Notes: generated by a model not told the origin, from the sequence alone. 64,000 bases of DNA from an uncultured delta proteobacterium (GCA_963847445.1 CAWJZV010000017.1:96001-160000); one strand, 5' to 3'; shown: positions 32,930 through 45,433, numbered from the stretch's first letter. Numbers and translations are program-made.

Positions 32930-33133
32930 GGAAAATTTCTCCTGCCACTTGGTAATACCGATCGGCGTGGAGCGCAAGTGCTCATGAACATCGCTTGGTA
33001 AATTGAGAATTGACAATGGATAATTGACAGTGGCGGATCGAGGATGGCGTTGTTGCCGCATTGGTTCCTTGACGCAGTGGTCTGTAGCGCGTAGCGTCAC
33101 GCATGGTAATTAACCTTCGTAAGGAATGAATAA

Positions 33134-33868
33134 ATGATCGCACAAACAGTTAAAGATGAACTCGCGCCGTCGGGTAAACTGCGTATCGGCATCAACTATG
33201 GCAATGCGGTGCTGGCGAGCCGGGATGCGGCGAGCGGCGAGTTGCGCGGCGTGGCGGTGGATTTAGCCCGGGAATTGGGCCGCCGATGCGAGCTAGCGGT
33301 GGAACTCGTGGCCTTTGAATCCGCCGGCAAGATGGCTGCGGCGGTGAGGGCGGACACTTGGGACACGGCTTTTCTCGCGGTGGAGCCGGGACGGGCGGAT
33401 GAAATCGCGTTTACTGCGCCTTATCTGCTGATCGAGGGCACCTATTTAACGCCGCCGGGATCGCCGATTCAAGCCATCGCCGATGTCGATCAAGCTGGCG
33501 TGCGTGTCGGGGTGTCGACGGGCAGTGCTTACCATTTGTTCTTGAGCCGAAACTTGAAGCAGGCGCAAATGATCAAGGCGGAGAGCCCAAATACCGCGTT
33601 CAATCTGATCATTGAGGGCAAAGTCGATGTTGTCGCCGGCGTGCGCCAGGCGCTGATGGCCAATGCCGCCAAGCTTCCAGGTTCGCGTGTTTTCGACGAG
33701 CGCTTCATGGCGATCGAACAGGCGATGGGCATGCCGCTTGGACGCGCTGCGGCTTTGAAATGTTTGCGTCAGTTTATCGAGGATGTGAAAGCGTCCGGCT
33801 TTGTCACCCAGGCGCTTGAGCGCGCGGGCATTCGCGGTGTGGCCGTGGCGCCGCGAGCGGTTCCGTAG
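33134..33868 (+). CDS. Substrate-binding protein, family 3 type
   Basis: LAPSGKLRIGINYGN, GVAVDLAREL, FTAPYLLIEGTY. Confidence 0.85.
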   Translation: MIAQTVKDELAPSGKLRIGINYGNAVLASRDAASGELRGVAVDLARELGRRCELAVELVAFESAGKMAAAVRADTWDTAFLAVEPGRADEIAFTAPYLLIEGTYLTPPGSPIQAIADVDQAGVRVGVSTGSAYHLFLSRNLKQAQMIKAESPNTAFNLIIEGKVDVVAGVRQALMANAAKLPGSRVFDERFMAIEQAMGMPLGRAAALKCLRQFIEDVKASGFVTQALERAGIRGVAVAPRAVP

Positions 33869-33897
33869 ACGAGATTGGATCTTCGGTATTAAAGACG

Positions 33898-34172
33898 TCT
33901 CATCACGAAGGACACGAAGTTTGGAATCTTAATTTTCCGAAACCTTCGTGACCTTCTTCGAAAATACATGTGAGGGGATGATATGCACAACAAAGAGCTG
34001 CGGGGCTCCGTCATACCCGAGAAAGCGGGTATCCAGGCTAATTGGGCGCAGACCAAACCTGGATTCCCGCGTGCGCGGGAATGACGCGTCAAGCAGACCG
34101 CCTATGGAGGGATCCCATCCATTTTCATTTTCTGTAGACGAGCGTAAGCTCATGAAGCACTTCGTGGTGAGA
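33898..34172. repeat. Composite REP/MITE-like element, sibling of 22605-22938
   Basis: 12/13 terminal IR TCTCATCACGAAG/CTTCGTGGTGAGA; uninterrupted ATTCCC-N8-GGGAAT hairpin. Confidence 0.85.
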
Positions 34173-34245
34173 TCCGGCTTCTCTGCTTCCACAGCAGTTT
34201 TTTTCAACCCTTATGCGCTGCGGTCGCTTGTGATAGACGAAAACA

Positions 34246-35559
34246 ATGGATGAGAACGATAACCAGCTGGCGCTGCGGCCGCCGTTCTCACTGCCATTTT
34301 ACTACGGCTGGTTCATTATCGGGCTGAGCTTTCTCGCTTACCTCGCCGCGTCGGCGGTGCGCTCGGCGCCTTCGGTGTTGATTCATCCTTTGGAGCGGGA
34401 ATTCGGTTGGGGACGAACGGCGATCTCTGCGGCGGCGAGTTTGAATTTACTCACCTATGGTTTGATGGCGCCAGTGGGCGGTTGGCTGCTCGATCGTTAC
34501 GGTGCTAGACGCGTCGTGATCGGCTGTCTCGCGGCTATCGCCGTCGGCGTCACGGGTACCGTGTTTGTTAGCGAGCTGTGGCACTTTATTCTTCTCTGGG
34601 GAATTGTCCTTGGCATCGCCACCGGCGTGACGCCGGCGCTGTCGGCGAGCGTGGCGAGCCGCTGGTTTATCGCCCGGCGCGGTCTGGCCCTGGGTATTCT
34701 CACCAACGCCAATGCCACCGGGCAGGTCATTTTCTTGCCGATTCTCATGGCGCTAGTCGTCTCTCATGGTTGGCGCACGGCGATGATGTTGATCGTCGGC
34801 ACGGCGTTACTGTTGTTGCCGGCGATCTGGTTGTGGCTGCGCGACTATCCTGCGGAGCTTGGCCTCGAACCTTACAGCGACGGCACGACGACATTAGACC
34901 AACGCAATCAGGCGCGCGCCGCGCCTCGCGCATTTTCCCTTGCCACCTTCGGCGATGCGATCAAAACGCCGACGTTTTGGCTTTTGAGCGGCAGTTTCTT
35001 CGTCTGCGGCATGACCTCCAACGGTTTAGTCGGCACCCATATGATTCCCCATGCGATTGAGCGCGGCATCGCGGAAGTGACGGCGGCGACGGCGGTTGGC
35101 ATCATGGGGGTGGCGAGTTTTGTCGGGACCACGTTCGCCGGTTGGCTGTGCGACCGGATGGACGCGCGCAAAGTATTGTCGGCGGCTTATTTGTTCCGTG
35201 GCTTGTCGCTGTTTGTCTTGCCCTACGTGACGGACTCGTCAGGCTTATTCGTCTTCGCGATTTTGTACGGCTTCGACTGGTTCGCCACCGGACCGTCGAC
35301 GGTGGCGCTGATCGCCAAACATTTTGGCCAGGACCGGGTTGGCGTGCTCTTCGGCTTGGTTTTCGTATCGCACCAAATCGGCAGTGCCATCGCCGCCCTC
35401 GGCGCCGGCTGGATCTATAGCGAGTTCGGCGAATACTACTACGCCTTCATGAGTGGCGCGCTGATGGGTTTGCTCGCTGCCGGGATGGCGATGATGATTC
35501 GCCGGGATCGGGATCAAGCTCCGGCTCTGCCTGTGGGCGCCCAAGCGGCGCGCGCGTAA
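34246..35559 (+). CDS. MFS transporter
   Basis: About 12 hydrophobic segments; GWLLDRYGARR motif A. Confidence 0.92.
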   Translation: MDENDNQLALRPPFSLPFYYGWFIIGLSFLAYLAASAVRSAPSVLIHPLEREFGWGRTAISAAASLNLLTYGLMAPVGGWLLDRYGARRVVIGCLAAIAVGVTGTVFVSELWHFILLWGIVLGIATGVTPALSASVASRWFIARRGLALGILTNANATGQVIFLPILMALVVSHGWRTAMMLIVGTALLLLPAIWLWLRDYPAELGLEPYSDGTTTLDQRNQARAAPRAFSLATFGDAIKTPTFWLLSGSFFVCGMTSNGLVGTHMIPHAIERGIAEVTAATAVGIMGVASFVGTTFAGWLCDRMDARKVLSAAYLFRGLSLFVLPYVTDSSGLFVFAILYGFDWFATGPSTVALIAKHFGQDRVGVLFGLVFVSHQIGSAIAALGAGWIYSEFGEYYYAFMSGALMGLLAAGMAMMIRRDRDQAPALPVGAQAARA

Positions 35560-35622
35560 GTCATCGCTTCGCGGTGAATTGCCGATTCCAGAATTCAAAA
35601 TTACCCATGGTAACCGCGCCGC

Positions 35623-36666
35623 TTACTCGCGGTAGCGCGCCTGCATCTGGGCGAGAAAGCCGCTGTCCTCGAGCTTGCGCAGAAATGAGTTGTCGATCAG
35701 GGTTGCCGGGTTGACGTCGGCGAGCTTGGGGTTTTGCATGGCCAGGAGCCGTTGCATGTTTTTTAAACCTTCAAGGGACGGATAGGGTTTGGGTTCAAAT
35801 TCCTTGACGATATCGCCGTAGCCTTCTTCGGCAAGGGATAGATCGGAGAGCTTGAGCCTGCTCATGATGGTTTTTATCGTCTGGCTCTTGCCGCTGGGCG
35901 CCAGCAGATAGTATTCGGCTTCGATCATCGCTTTCAGGATATTCTCGGCGGTGGAGGGGCTTTTATCGAGAAAAGATTTTCTCGCGACGATGCCGGTTGA
36001 AGCCATGGCCGGGAATACTTCGTTCATCACGTTGAAGCCCTTTTTCTTTAGGTCGAGACTGTAGGCGCGGGTCGTCAACACCGTGGCGTCGATCACGCCG
36101 CTTTCCAGCGCCCGGACCATGACGGTCTGATCACCGACGACGATAAATTGAATCTTGTCGCGCACCGGGTCCAACCCCAGCTGCTCCAGGGTGAGCATGG
36201 CGTACATCCATAAAGTCCCGCCGATGCTCTGGACGCCGAAGCGCTTGCCCGATAAGTCCGCCGGCTTGCGAATGTCCGGCCGCACGGTGAGAAAACCTCG
36301 GCCGCGGCTGACGAAGCCGGCGAGCAGCTTGAGCTCGGTGCCGGCGGCGGCGCCACCGAGCACCGTCGTGCCGCCGGTATAGGCGACGTCGATATCGCCG
36401 GAGGCAAAGCCGGCGGTGAGCATCTGATTGTTGCGCACCAGCACACTCTGCCCGCGCAGGCCGTACTTGCCGAAGAAATCCAAATCTTGCGCCAGCCAGA
36501 GCGGCGCGACGCGCGGGCTGGGACTGGGATAGGCGATGGCGACGCGCACCGGCGCGGCGGCGCCGTGAGTCAGCACCGTCTGCGCCAGCAGCGCGAGAAT
36601 GATCAATACAAGTGTGAGACGGCGGCGCAACTTGCGCGCTAGCGTCGTCATAGAAAGGCGTACCAT
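35623..36666 (-). CDS. ABC substrate-binding protein (SsuA/NMT1-like)
   Basis: Signal peptide; FFGKYGL; LSGKRFGVQSIGG; GGAG RBS before ATG 36666. Confidence 0.85.
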   Translation of the reverse strand: MVRLSMTTLARKLRRRLTLVLIILALLAQTVLTHGAAAPVRVAIAYPSPSPRVAPLWLAQDLDFFGKYGLRGQSVLVRNNQMLTAGFASGDIDVAYTGGTTVLGGAAAGTELKLLAGFVSRGRGFLTVRPDIRKPADLSGKRFGVQSIGGTLWMYAMLTLEQLGLDPVRDKIQFIVVGDQTVMVRALESGVIDATVLTTRAYSLDLKKKGFNVMNEVFPAMASTGIVARKSFLDKSPSTAENILKAMIEAEYYLLAPSGKSQTIKTIMSRLKLSDLSLAEEGYGDIVKEFEPKPYPSLEGLKNMQRLLAMQNPKLADVNPATLIDNSFLRKLEDSGFLAQMQARYRE

Positions 36667-36994
36667 AGAGACGCTCCTTTTGGGTCTTGGCGGGAGGAAT
36701 CTTAACGCAGTGCATATCAATCTCGCCGATTTAAAGAAAGGGCGAAATGCGCGGGCGCTCTGCTGCGCGAAGCTCTTCGTGGCGAGACCGAATACCCTCA
36801 AGCCGCCCACCATTAGTCATGTGCAGCATTTAGGTCTACACCGCTTCGTAACGGGAAGCGGTTTAGCTTGGTGGTATTTTTTGCCTTCGATGCTTAGAAG
36901 TCCAGTGGCCGAGACTCGTAGCCAGCGAGGCAGTCGTTTAGAGGTTGCAATGGGTTGGAATTGTAAGAGGGTCTTGACGAAGGGGGGGAAAATC

Positions 36995-37031
36995 AAAAAA
37001 ATGCGGCTGAAGCTCCTGGCTCCAGCCGCAT
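36995..37031 (-). terminator. Rho-independent terminator after the fasciclin gene
   Basis: ATGCGGCTG/CAGCCGCAT stem followed by a T run on the minus strand. Confidence 0.7.
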
Positions 37032-37047
37032 GTTGCACTGTTATCCC

Positions 37048-37542
37048 CTACGGGATCACGACCGTGTCGATCACGTGGATCACGCCGTTGCTAGCCATGA
37101 TATCGGTGCGAACAACTTGTGCGTTGTCCACCATGACTTTGCCGTCCGCGACATTGATCTTCAGCGAACTTCCGTTGGCCGTCTTTGCGGTTTTAAGATT
37201 GACCACCTCGCTTGCGGTCACTTGGCCGGCGACAACATGATAGGTAAGAATCGCTTGCAGCTTGCTGCGATTTTCCGGTTTGAGCAGATTTTCCACCGTA
37301 CCGGCAGGCAGCTTGGCAAACGCTTCGTCTGTCGGGGCGAACACCGTAAACGGTCCCTTGCCTTTGAGCGTATCCACCAATCCAGCCGCCTTTACCGCGG
37401 CAACTAAGGTCGTGAACGATCCGGCCGACACCGCAGTGTCGACGATATCTTTCTCCGCTGCCATTTCTGCTTTCACCGGCGCGGCCAAAGCCAATCCCAA
37501 GCTGATCACCATTGCCCCTAATGCACATTTGAAGATTTTCAT
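37048..37542 (-). CDS. Secreted fasciclin (FAS1) domain protein
   Basis: Signal peptide; [31 protein letters not shown]; GGAGG RBS. Confidence 0.95.
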   Translation of the reverse strand: MKIFKCALGAMVISLGLALAAPVKAEMAAEKDIVDTAVSAGSFTTLVAAVKAAGLVDTLKGKGPFTVFAPTDEAFAKLPAGTVENLLKPENRSKLQAILTYHVVAGQVTASEVVNLKTAKTANGSSLKINVADGKVMVDNAQVVRTDIMASNGVIHVIDTVVIP

Positions 37543-37597
37543 TTTTCTTTCCTCCTTGGTTATTTTTTGTTTCTCAATCTTCCTGCGTTGGTGATAC

Positions 37598-37613
37598 AGC
37601 AAGGGCGATGCCA
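37598..37613 (-). promoter_or_regulatory. Sigma54 -24/-12 promoter for the fasciclin gene
   Basis: Minus strand TGGCATCGCCCTTGCT, canonical GG-N10-GC. Confidence 0.8.
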
Positions 37614-37685
37614 GTCTTTTGTTGGCGTCCTTTCCATCTGAATTAGCGAAGAAAAAATCGATTGAAGCGAAATCGTCGCGGGCTT

Positions 37686-37729
37686 GTGAGACACTCGTGA
37701 GACAAGCGGCTGTCTCACGAGTGTCTCAC
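37686..37729. promoter_or_regulatory. Perfect 19-bp inverted repeat, probable enhancer (UAS) for the adjacent sigma54 activator
   Basis: GTGAGACACTCGTGAGACA-AGCGGC-TGTCTCACGAGTGTCTCAC, about 70-115 bp upstream of the -24 element. Confidence 0.7.
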
Positions 37730-37752
37730 GATGTATCAGTTGCGACAGCGAC

Positions 37753-39537
<1,785 letters not shown>

Positions 39538-39705
39538 GTCTGTTAATGTAGCTGAAAAAATCGTCCGAACCGAGCGGGTGAGCACTTGTACCGCGCGGCT
39601 ACGGGAGTATGGCCGGCCGCCGCTAAACGCTGGGGATGGTTGGCAAAACTATGGCCTTGGACAAAGCAGACTGAGAGCCGGCTTGTCCAAGGCCGTCAGC
39701 AAGGT

Positions 39706-40206
39706 CTAAATCGCCTTGTAAGGGAAGCGTTTCAACTTGGTCGTGTTCTTGCCCTCGATGCGCAAGAGACCGGTCGCCGCAACGCGCTTGGGCGAGTGGA
39801 CATCGCCTTCGTTGTAAATATGCGCCATTCCCGGTTTGAGCGTGTAGACCTGGCCGCGTTTGACTTTTCCCGGTTGGCCTTCGGCGGCGGCTTCGAGCAC
39901 TTCCCAGTCGCTCATCTGAGTCTCCCCCCAGGCCTGGCCGTAGATCGCCCAGGAGTTGCCGTGATCGTGCGGATTGGCCTCGCGCGCTTCGCGATTGACA
40001 TGGGCGCAGACGCAGAAGCCCAGTTCGGCATCTTCGTAAATCACTTGGCGGTCGGGGGTGTTGTCGTTGATGTAGGTCGAGATGAACTTTTCATCTTTGA
40101 GCGCTTCCTGTACTAGGTCGCGGACTTTCTCCCGGCCGGTTCGGCTCGGGTCGGCTTTGAGAATGCGCTGCACATCCGACGCGAACGATTCAAGCGTGAT
40201 ACTCAT
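39706..40206 (-). CDS. Cupin, cysteine-dioxygenase-like protein
   Basis: PHDHGNSWAIYG and GDVHS metal-binding motifs. Confidence 0.75.
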   Translation of the reverse strand: MSITLESFASDVQRILKADPSRTGREKVRDLVQEALKDEKFISTYINDNTPDRQVIYEDAELGFCVCAHVNREAREANPHDHGNSWAIYGQAWGETQMSDWEVLEAAAEGQPGKVKRGQVYTLKPGMAHIYNEGDVHSPKRVAATGLLRIEGKNTTKLKRFPYKAI

Positions 40207-40435
40207 GATTCATCCTCCTATTTAGTGTGACTCTGATGACCAAAGCATTAGCAAAGTAATGTGGCTACCGTCAATCGAAATACGATTGACTGCTCTGCGC
40301 CGCAGCACTATAAGCGCAGGCATGCGGCGATCATTCGTGACGGCGCGCGGGTTGGCGTTTGTCCTAGTTACGACGGCCGTGTTGGCCGCCGGCTGTTCCG
40401 GCGCATTCCGAAATTCTCAAATCACAGCGAAGGTC

Positions 40436-41383
40436 ATGGATTACAAGATTTTAGGCCGCACCGGACTGAAAGTCAGTGTCGCTGGGTTGGGCTGTGGCGG
40501 GCCGAGCCGGTTGGGGTTGAAGGACAAGACCAGAAGCGAAAGCGATGTGGTGGCGCATGTGCGCGGCGCCATCGATCTGGGCATCAACTTTTTCGACACG
40601 GCGGAGTGGTATGGCACCGAAGTTGTGGTCGGTAAGGCGATCGCCGGCGCGGCCCGCGACCGGCTGGTGATTTCCACCAAGAAAAATATCGTGCCGGAAG
40701 ATCATCCGGATCCTGACACCGAGATTCGCCGCTCGCTCGAACAGAGCTTGAAAAATCTCGGCACTGATTACGTCGATGTCTACCATGTCCACGGCGCGGA
40801 GCCGAAGGATTATGCCAATGCCGCCGAGCGCCACTTGCCGACGCTGCTGCGGCTGCGCGATCAGGGGAAAATCCGCGCCGTGGGGATTACCGAACGGTTT
40901 GTCGTCGACTCGTCGCATCGGATGGCCGAGCGCGCTGTGCGCGACAATGTCTGGGATGTCATCATGGTGGGATTCAATCTGCTCAATCCCTGCGCGCGCC
41001 GAAATATTTTTCCGTTGACCGCGGCCACCGGTGTAGGCGTTCTCGTTAGCTATGCCTTGCGCCGCGCGTTGAGCCAGCCTGAGCGCTTGAAAAAACTTTG
41101 CGCCGAGCTTGTCGGCAATGGCGCGATTCCTACCGGCGCGTTGAACCTCGCAGAGCCGTTGGATTTCGTTACCCAAGGTGGCGCGGCGGTGTCAATTCAA
41201 GATGCGGCTTACCGGTTTTGCCGTTACGAGCCGGGAGTCGACGTCGTTTTGACCGGTACGGGCAATCCGCAACATCTCAAGGCCAATGTCGAGTCGCTTG
41301 CGCGGCCGCCGCTACCGGCGCTGGTGCAACAGCGACTGAAAGAGCTGTTCGGCAACATCGATGGATTGACCGGTAATCAGTAG
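40436..41383 (+). CDS. Aldo/keto reductase
   Basis: LGRTGLKVS..GLG, GINFFDTAEWYG, SLKNLGTDYVDVYHVH. Confidence 0.92.
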   Translation: MDYKILGRTGLKVSVAGLGCGGPSRLGLKDKTRSESDVVAHVRGAIDLGINFFDTAEWYGTEVVVGKAIAGAARDRLVISTKKNIVPEDHPDPDTEIRRSLEQSLKNLGTDYVDVYHVHGAEPKDYANAAERHLPTLLRLRDQGKIRAVGITERFVVDSSHRMAERAVRDNVWDVIMVGFNLLNPCARRNIFPLTAATGVGVLVSYALRRALSQPERLKKLCAELVGNGAIPTGALNLAEPLDFVTQGGAAVSIQDAAYRFCRYEPGVDVVLTGTGNPQHLKANVESLARPPLPALVQQRLKELFGNIDGLTGNQ

Positions 41384-41590
41384 TTGGCGTGGAGAACCGA
41401 GGAACGCTATGGCTGACCTAATGCTGCGAACAGAGCGAGTGTGGGCATCACCAGCATGGAGCGTTGGATGGCGTGAGCGCGGCGCATTGCAGATTGCAGA
41501 TTCCATATTGCAGAATTGGCAACGGCGATGGCAGGCTGGCGTGAGTTGTAGTAGGTTTCGGGTGAGAGAGTGAATTCACAGGGGGGCAAC

Positions 41591-42622
41591 ATGATCGGCA
41601 AGACTCGATGGTTTTTTCTTAGCGTCGCGGCAGCGATCGCTGTTACTGTTTCGGTCACAGCGCAGGCGCAAGATATTTATAAAGACAAGACGCTGACGTT
41701 TATCGTCGGTTACTCACCGGGTGGAACTTACGATCAGTACACGCGGTTGCTGGCGCGCCATATCGGTAAGTATTTGCCGGGCAATCCGACGCGCATCGTC
41801 GAGAATATGCCGGGCGCGGGCGGCATCATCGCGGCGAATCATCTTTACAACCGCGCCAAGCCCGATGGCCTCACCATTGCCGCCTGGGCATCGCCGTTGA
41901 TCTTGCAACATGTGATGGGCAACGACGCGATCAAGATCGACGGGCGCAAAGTCGGCTGGGTCGGCATACCCGGCCCCTACGACACCGCTTGTCATTTCAA
42001 TAGTCAGAGCGGCGTCCGCACCATGGACGACTGGATCAACGCCAAACGGCCGATGAAAATCTCTTCCATCGGTCCCGGCACGAGCCTGTCCGACGTGCCG
42101 AAACTTTTGAAAGCGGCGCTCAATTTGCCGCTTGAAATGGTCGAAGGTTACAAAGGCGGCGCGGAGGCGCGCATCGCAGTCGAGAGCGGCGAGGTCGACG
42201 GTTTATGCGCGTCGTGGCAAGCGACCAAGGTGACTTGGCGCAGCCAGATGGAAGCGGGCAAGATTCACGTGGTTTTGCAGGCAACATTCAAATCGCACCC
42301 CGAATTGAAGAAAGTGCCGCTGGCGATCAACTACGCCAAGACCGAGGAGGCCAAAACGCTGTTGCGTGTCGCCGATAACGTCCATGTCTATCAGTTTCCA
42401 TTTTCCACCGCACCGGGGACGCCGGCGGATCGTCTACAAGCGCTGCAACAGGCTTTCGTCAAAACTTTTCGCGATCGTGAGTTGGTCGCGGAAGCGAACA
42501 AGGCACAGTTGGAAGTGGAACCGATCGACGGGCCGACCACGGCCAAGACGTTTGCCGGTTTGTATGATTTGAACCCGGCGCTGGTGGCGAAGTTGAAAGA
42601 CATTCTAATTCCGAAGCGATAA
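41591..42622 (+). CDS. TctC/Bug-like tripartite tricarboxylate transporter binding protein
   Basis: IVGYSPGGTYD, VENMPGAGG, KPDGLT, GYKGG..ESGEVDG. Confidence 0.9.
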   Translation: MIGKTRWFFLSVAAAIAVTVSVTAQAQDIYKDKTLTFIVGYSPGGTYDQYTRLLARHIGKYLPGNPTRIVENMPGAGGIIAANHLYNRAKPDGLTIAAWASPLILQHVMGNDAIKIDGRKVGWVGIPGPYDTACHFNSQSGVRTMDDWINAKRPMKISSIGPGTSLSDVPKLLKAALNLPLEMVEGYKGGAEARIAVESGEVDGLCASWQATKVTWRSQMEAGKIHVVLQATFKSHPELKKVPLAINYAKTEEAKTLLRVADNVHVYQFPFSTAPGTPADRLQALQQAFVKTFRDRELVAEANKAQLEVEPIDGPTTAKTFAGLYDLNPALVAKLKDILIPKR

Positions 42623-42649
42623 GTATTATCGTGAGTATCGAGGTTGGTC

Positions 42650-43186
42650 ATGAGAAAAATCCAAGTTGCTTTAGGTTGCATCATGGCAATTCTAATCTCG
42701 TCGGCGATTCCCGCGGCAGCCGTTGAGGTCGGTCAGAAGGCACCGGATTTCGAATTGCCCAGCACGAAAGGCGGCAAACTCAAGCTCAGCACGTTTCAGG
42801 GCAAAAAGAGCGTCTTGATCGAGTTCTACGTTTTGGACTTCACGCCGACGTGAATTCAAGAACTGTCATCCAGTCGGGATGACTATGCGCAGTTTGAGCA
42901 GGTGAACGCCGAAATCATCGGCATCAGCGCCAACGCCATTTTTTCACAGCAAGCGTTCGCCGACTTTCTCAAGCTCAACTTTCCCCTGGTGAGCGATTTC
43001 CCCAACCTGAAGACGATCGAAGCCTACGGCGTGCTCAACCCGCAGTCGAAGCTGGCCCAGCGCTCGTACTTTATCGTCGATAAACAGGGCGTCGTTCGTT
43101 ACAAGAAAGTTCAGGAGCGTGGCGAGGGACTGGTGCCCAACGCGCAGCTGGTCGAAGAGATCAGGAAAATCAATCAGGGAGATTGA
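42650..43186 (+). CDS. Secreted peroxiredoxin-like selenoprotein (in-frame UGA at 42851 read as Sec68)
   Basis: ORFs 42644-42853 and 42902-43186 are in the same frame; UGA sits at the peroxidatic site (FYVLDFTPT-U-IQEL); conserved Arg in AQRSYFIVDKQG. Confidence 0.85.
42865..42883 (+). promoter_or_regulatory. Bacterial SECIS-like hairpin
   Basis: GTCATCC-AGTCG-GGATGAC, perfect 7-bp stem starting 11 nt after the UGA. Confidence 0.7.
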
Positions 43187-43219
43187 ATTTAGTTATTCTA
43201 GGTTTCGTTTGAAGGAGTA

Positions 43220-43338
43220 TTCACCACGAAGGCACGAAGGACACGAAGGGTTTCGGAAGGATCAATTGATCGTTCATCGATGAGGAACTTCTGATGCTGC
43301 TGTAGGCGAGCGCAAGCTCATGGACAATTCGTGGTGAA
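43220..43338. repeat. TTCACCACGAA...TTCGTGGTGAA family element
   Basis: 11-bp terminal IR; internal GTAGGCGAGC-GCAA-GCTC hairpin shared with the 22605 and 33898 copies. Confidence 0.85.
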
Positions 43339-43346
43339 GAAAATCT

Positions 43347-44216
43347 ATGAAAAAAGTTGTCGTTACCGGTGGCAGTGGCAAGTTGGGGCAATTCGTTATT
43401 CGTGATTTGTTGGATCATGGCTACAGCGTGCTCAGTCTCGATCGCGTCGCGCCGCGCGAAAAGCTCTGCATGAGCTGGCAGGTGGACCTGCGCCATGCCG
43501 GCGATTTGTTCGAGGCGCTGCGCGGCGGCTACGGCATCATTCATCTTGGCGCCTACCAAGCGCCCAACTTGGCGCCGGACGCCGAGACTCTGAGCAATAA
43601 CGTGTCGGCGACATACAACGTGTTGCGCGCTGCGGCGGATATGGGCGTGAAGCGCGTCGTGCTGGCGTCGAGCACGGCGGCCTTCGGCTTTATCTACGCG
43701 AGCAAACTTTGGGCGCCGAAATATTTACCGGCTGATGAAGAGCATCCCTCGACACCCCAAGATTCCTATGGACTGTCCAAAGTGTTGGGCGAGCAGATCG
43801 CCGATTCTATCGTCTCGCTGCAGCGCGATATGACCGTGAGCAGCCTGCGTTTCCCCGGTGTCAATTTCGATCTGTCCTACGAGAGTTTTCGCGACCGCTG
43901 GCGCAATCCGGCGAGCCGCGCCAGCGGCTTTTGGACTTACATCGACGCCCGCGACGCGGCGATGACCTGCCGGCTGGCGCTGGAAGCGAAGTTCAAAGGC
44001 CATGAAGTGTTCATCGCTTCGGCGGCGAAGAACTGCATGATCCAACCGACGCGCGAGTTGGTGAAAAAGTATCTGCCCAAGGGCACGCGCTTCAAAAAAA
44101 CCGCCGGCACGCACTGGAGCTGCGTCGATTCGTCCAAGGCGCGGCGCATGCTCGGCTTCAAGCCGCGGCATCTGTGGCAGGATTATTTACCCGAGGGGCG
44201 GGAGCAGAAGTATTGA
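43347..44216 (+). CDS. NAD-dependent epimerase/dehydratase (extended SDR)
   Basis: TGGSGKLG, ASS, YGLSK (YxxxK). Confidence 0.92.
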   Translation: MKKVVVTGGSGKLGQFVIRDLLDHGYSVLSLDRVAPREKLCMSWQVDLRHAGDLFEALRGGYGIIHLGAYQAPNLAPDAETLSNNVSATYNVLRAAADMGVKRVVLASSTAAFGFIYASKLWAPKYLPADEEHPSTPQDSYGLSKVLGEQIADSIVSLQRDMTVSSLRFPGVNFDLSYESFRDRWRNPASRASGFWTYIDARDAAMTCRLALEAKFKGHEVFIASAAKNCMIQPTRELVKKYLPKGTRFKKTAGTHWSCVDSSKARRMLGFKPRHLWQDYLPEGREQKY

Positions 44217-44377
44217 AGCGTTGCATTGCGCCATTCCATTCTGTTTCCGAGGCGTCGCCCCACTTTCCCCACGGAGTTGGGGTTTTTTATTTCCGCTTGA
44301 CGGAGGACCGGCAGTTCAACTAGCTTTGCCGCAGTTGCTCATTCGTTTATCTTAGCTTGACGGTAAGGAGATCCACC

Positions 44378-45400
44378 ATGATCAGAAACTTGCTGACCGC
44401 GATCGTCGTCATTGTCTGGCTATTCGCCGTAACTCAAGCTCAGGCACAAAGCGATTTTTTCCAAGGCAAGACCATCCGCATCATCGTCGGTTACTCTCCC
44501 GGCGGCGGTTACGATGCCTTGGCGCGCATGCTGTCGCGGCAAATGCCGAAACATATTCCCGGCCATCCGACCATTCTGGTCGAAAACATGGCTGGCGCCG
44601 GTAGCTTGCTTGCCGCCAATCATATTTTCAAAGTCGCCAAGCCCGACGGGCTGACCATGGGCCATTTCAGCGGCGGCTTTGTTTACAGTCAAGTCATGGG
44701 CCAGCCGGGCATCGAGCTCGATATGCAGAAATTTGTCTTCGTCGGCGCGGTGGCGCGGGATGAAAGCGCCATCGCCGTGACCAAGGCGAGCGGCGTCAAT
44801 ACTATGGAGCGCTGGTTTGCCGCTAAGACGCCGTTAAAAATGGGCACCACCGGGCCGGGCGCTTTCGGCACCGACAATGTGCTGAAAGTCATCAAGGTGG
44901 CGCTCAATCTACCGATGCAAATCATCTCGGGCTACAAAGGCACCGCCGACATGCGCCTGGCCGTGGAGAGCGGCGAGCTTGACGGCACGACTTGGGGTTG
45001 GGACTCCATGCGCGGCACTTGGCAGAAATCACTCGAATCAGGCGTGGTGTCCGTGGTGCTGCAATCCGTGCCCAAGGCGTTTGCCGATTTGCCCAAAGTG
45101 CCGCTGGCGATCGATCTGGCCAAGACAGCGGAGGCCAAACAATTGATCGAGTACGGCATTCACTTTCCGAGCAAGATCACCAAGACTCTAGCCCTGCCGC
45201 CGGGCACTCCGGCCGACCGCGCGCTGATCCTGCAGAAGGCATTGCAGGAGACGGTGAAGGATCCCGAGTTCATCGCCGAGGCGGACAAAGCCAAGATCGG
45301 ACTCGCCCCGGTGACCGTCGATGAAATGAAAAAGACCGTCGATGGCGTCTTCAAGCTCGACCCCGCTCTGCTCGCCAAGCTGAAGACCATTCTCTTCTAA
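44378..45400 (+). CDS. TctC/Bug-like binding protein
   Basis: IIVGYSPGGGYD, VENMAGAGS, KPDGLT. Confidence 0.9.
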   Translation: MIRNLLTAIVVIVWLFAVTQAQAQSDFFQGKTIRIIVGYSPGGGYDALARMLSRQMPKHIPGHPTILVENMAGAGSLLAANHIFKVAKPDGLTMGHFSGGFVYSQVMGQPGIELDMQKFVFVGAVARDESAIAVTKASGVNTMERWFAAKTPLKMGTTGPGAFGTDNVLKVIKVALNLPMQIISGYKGTADMRLAVESGELDGTTWGWDSMRGTWQKSLESGVVSVVLQSVPKAFADLPKVPLAIDLAKTAEAKQLIEYGIHFPSKITKTLALPPGTPADRALILQKALQETVKDPEFIAEADKAKIGLAPVTVDEMKKTVDGVFKLDPALLAKLKTILF

Positions 45401-45433
45401 GAAATCGCGCGGGGCTTCGAAAGGATCTTGCAC

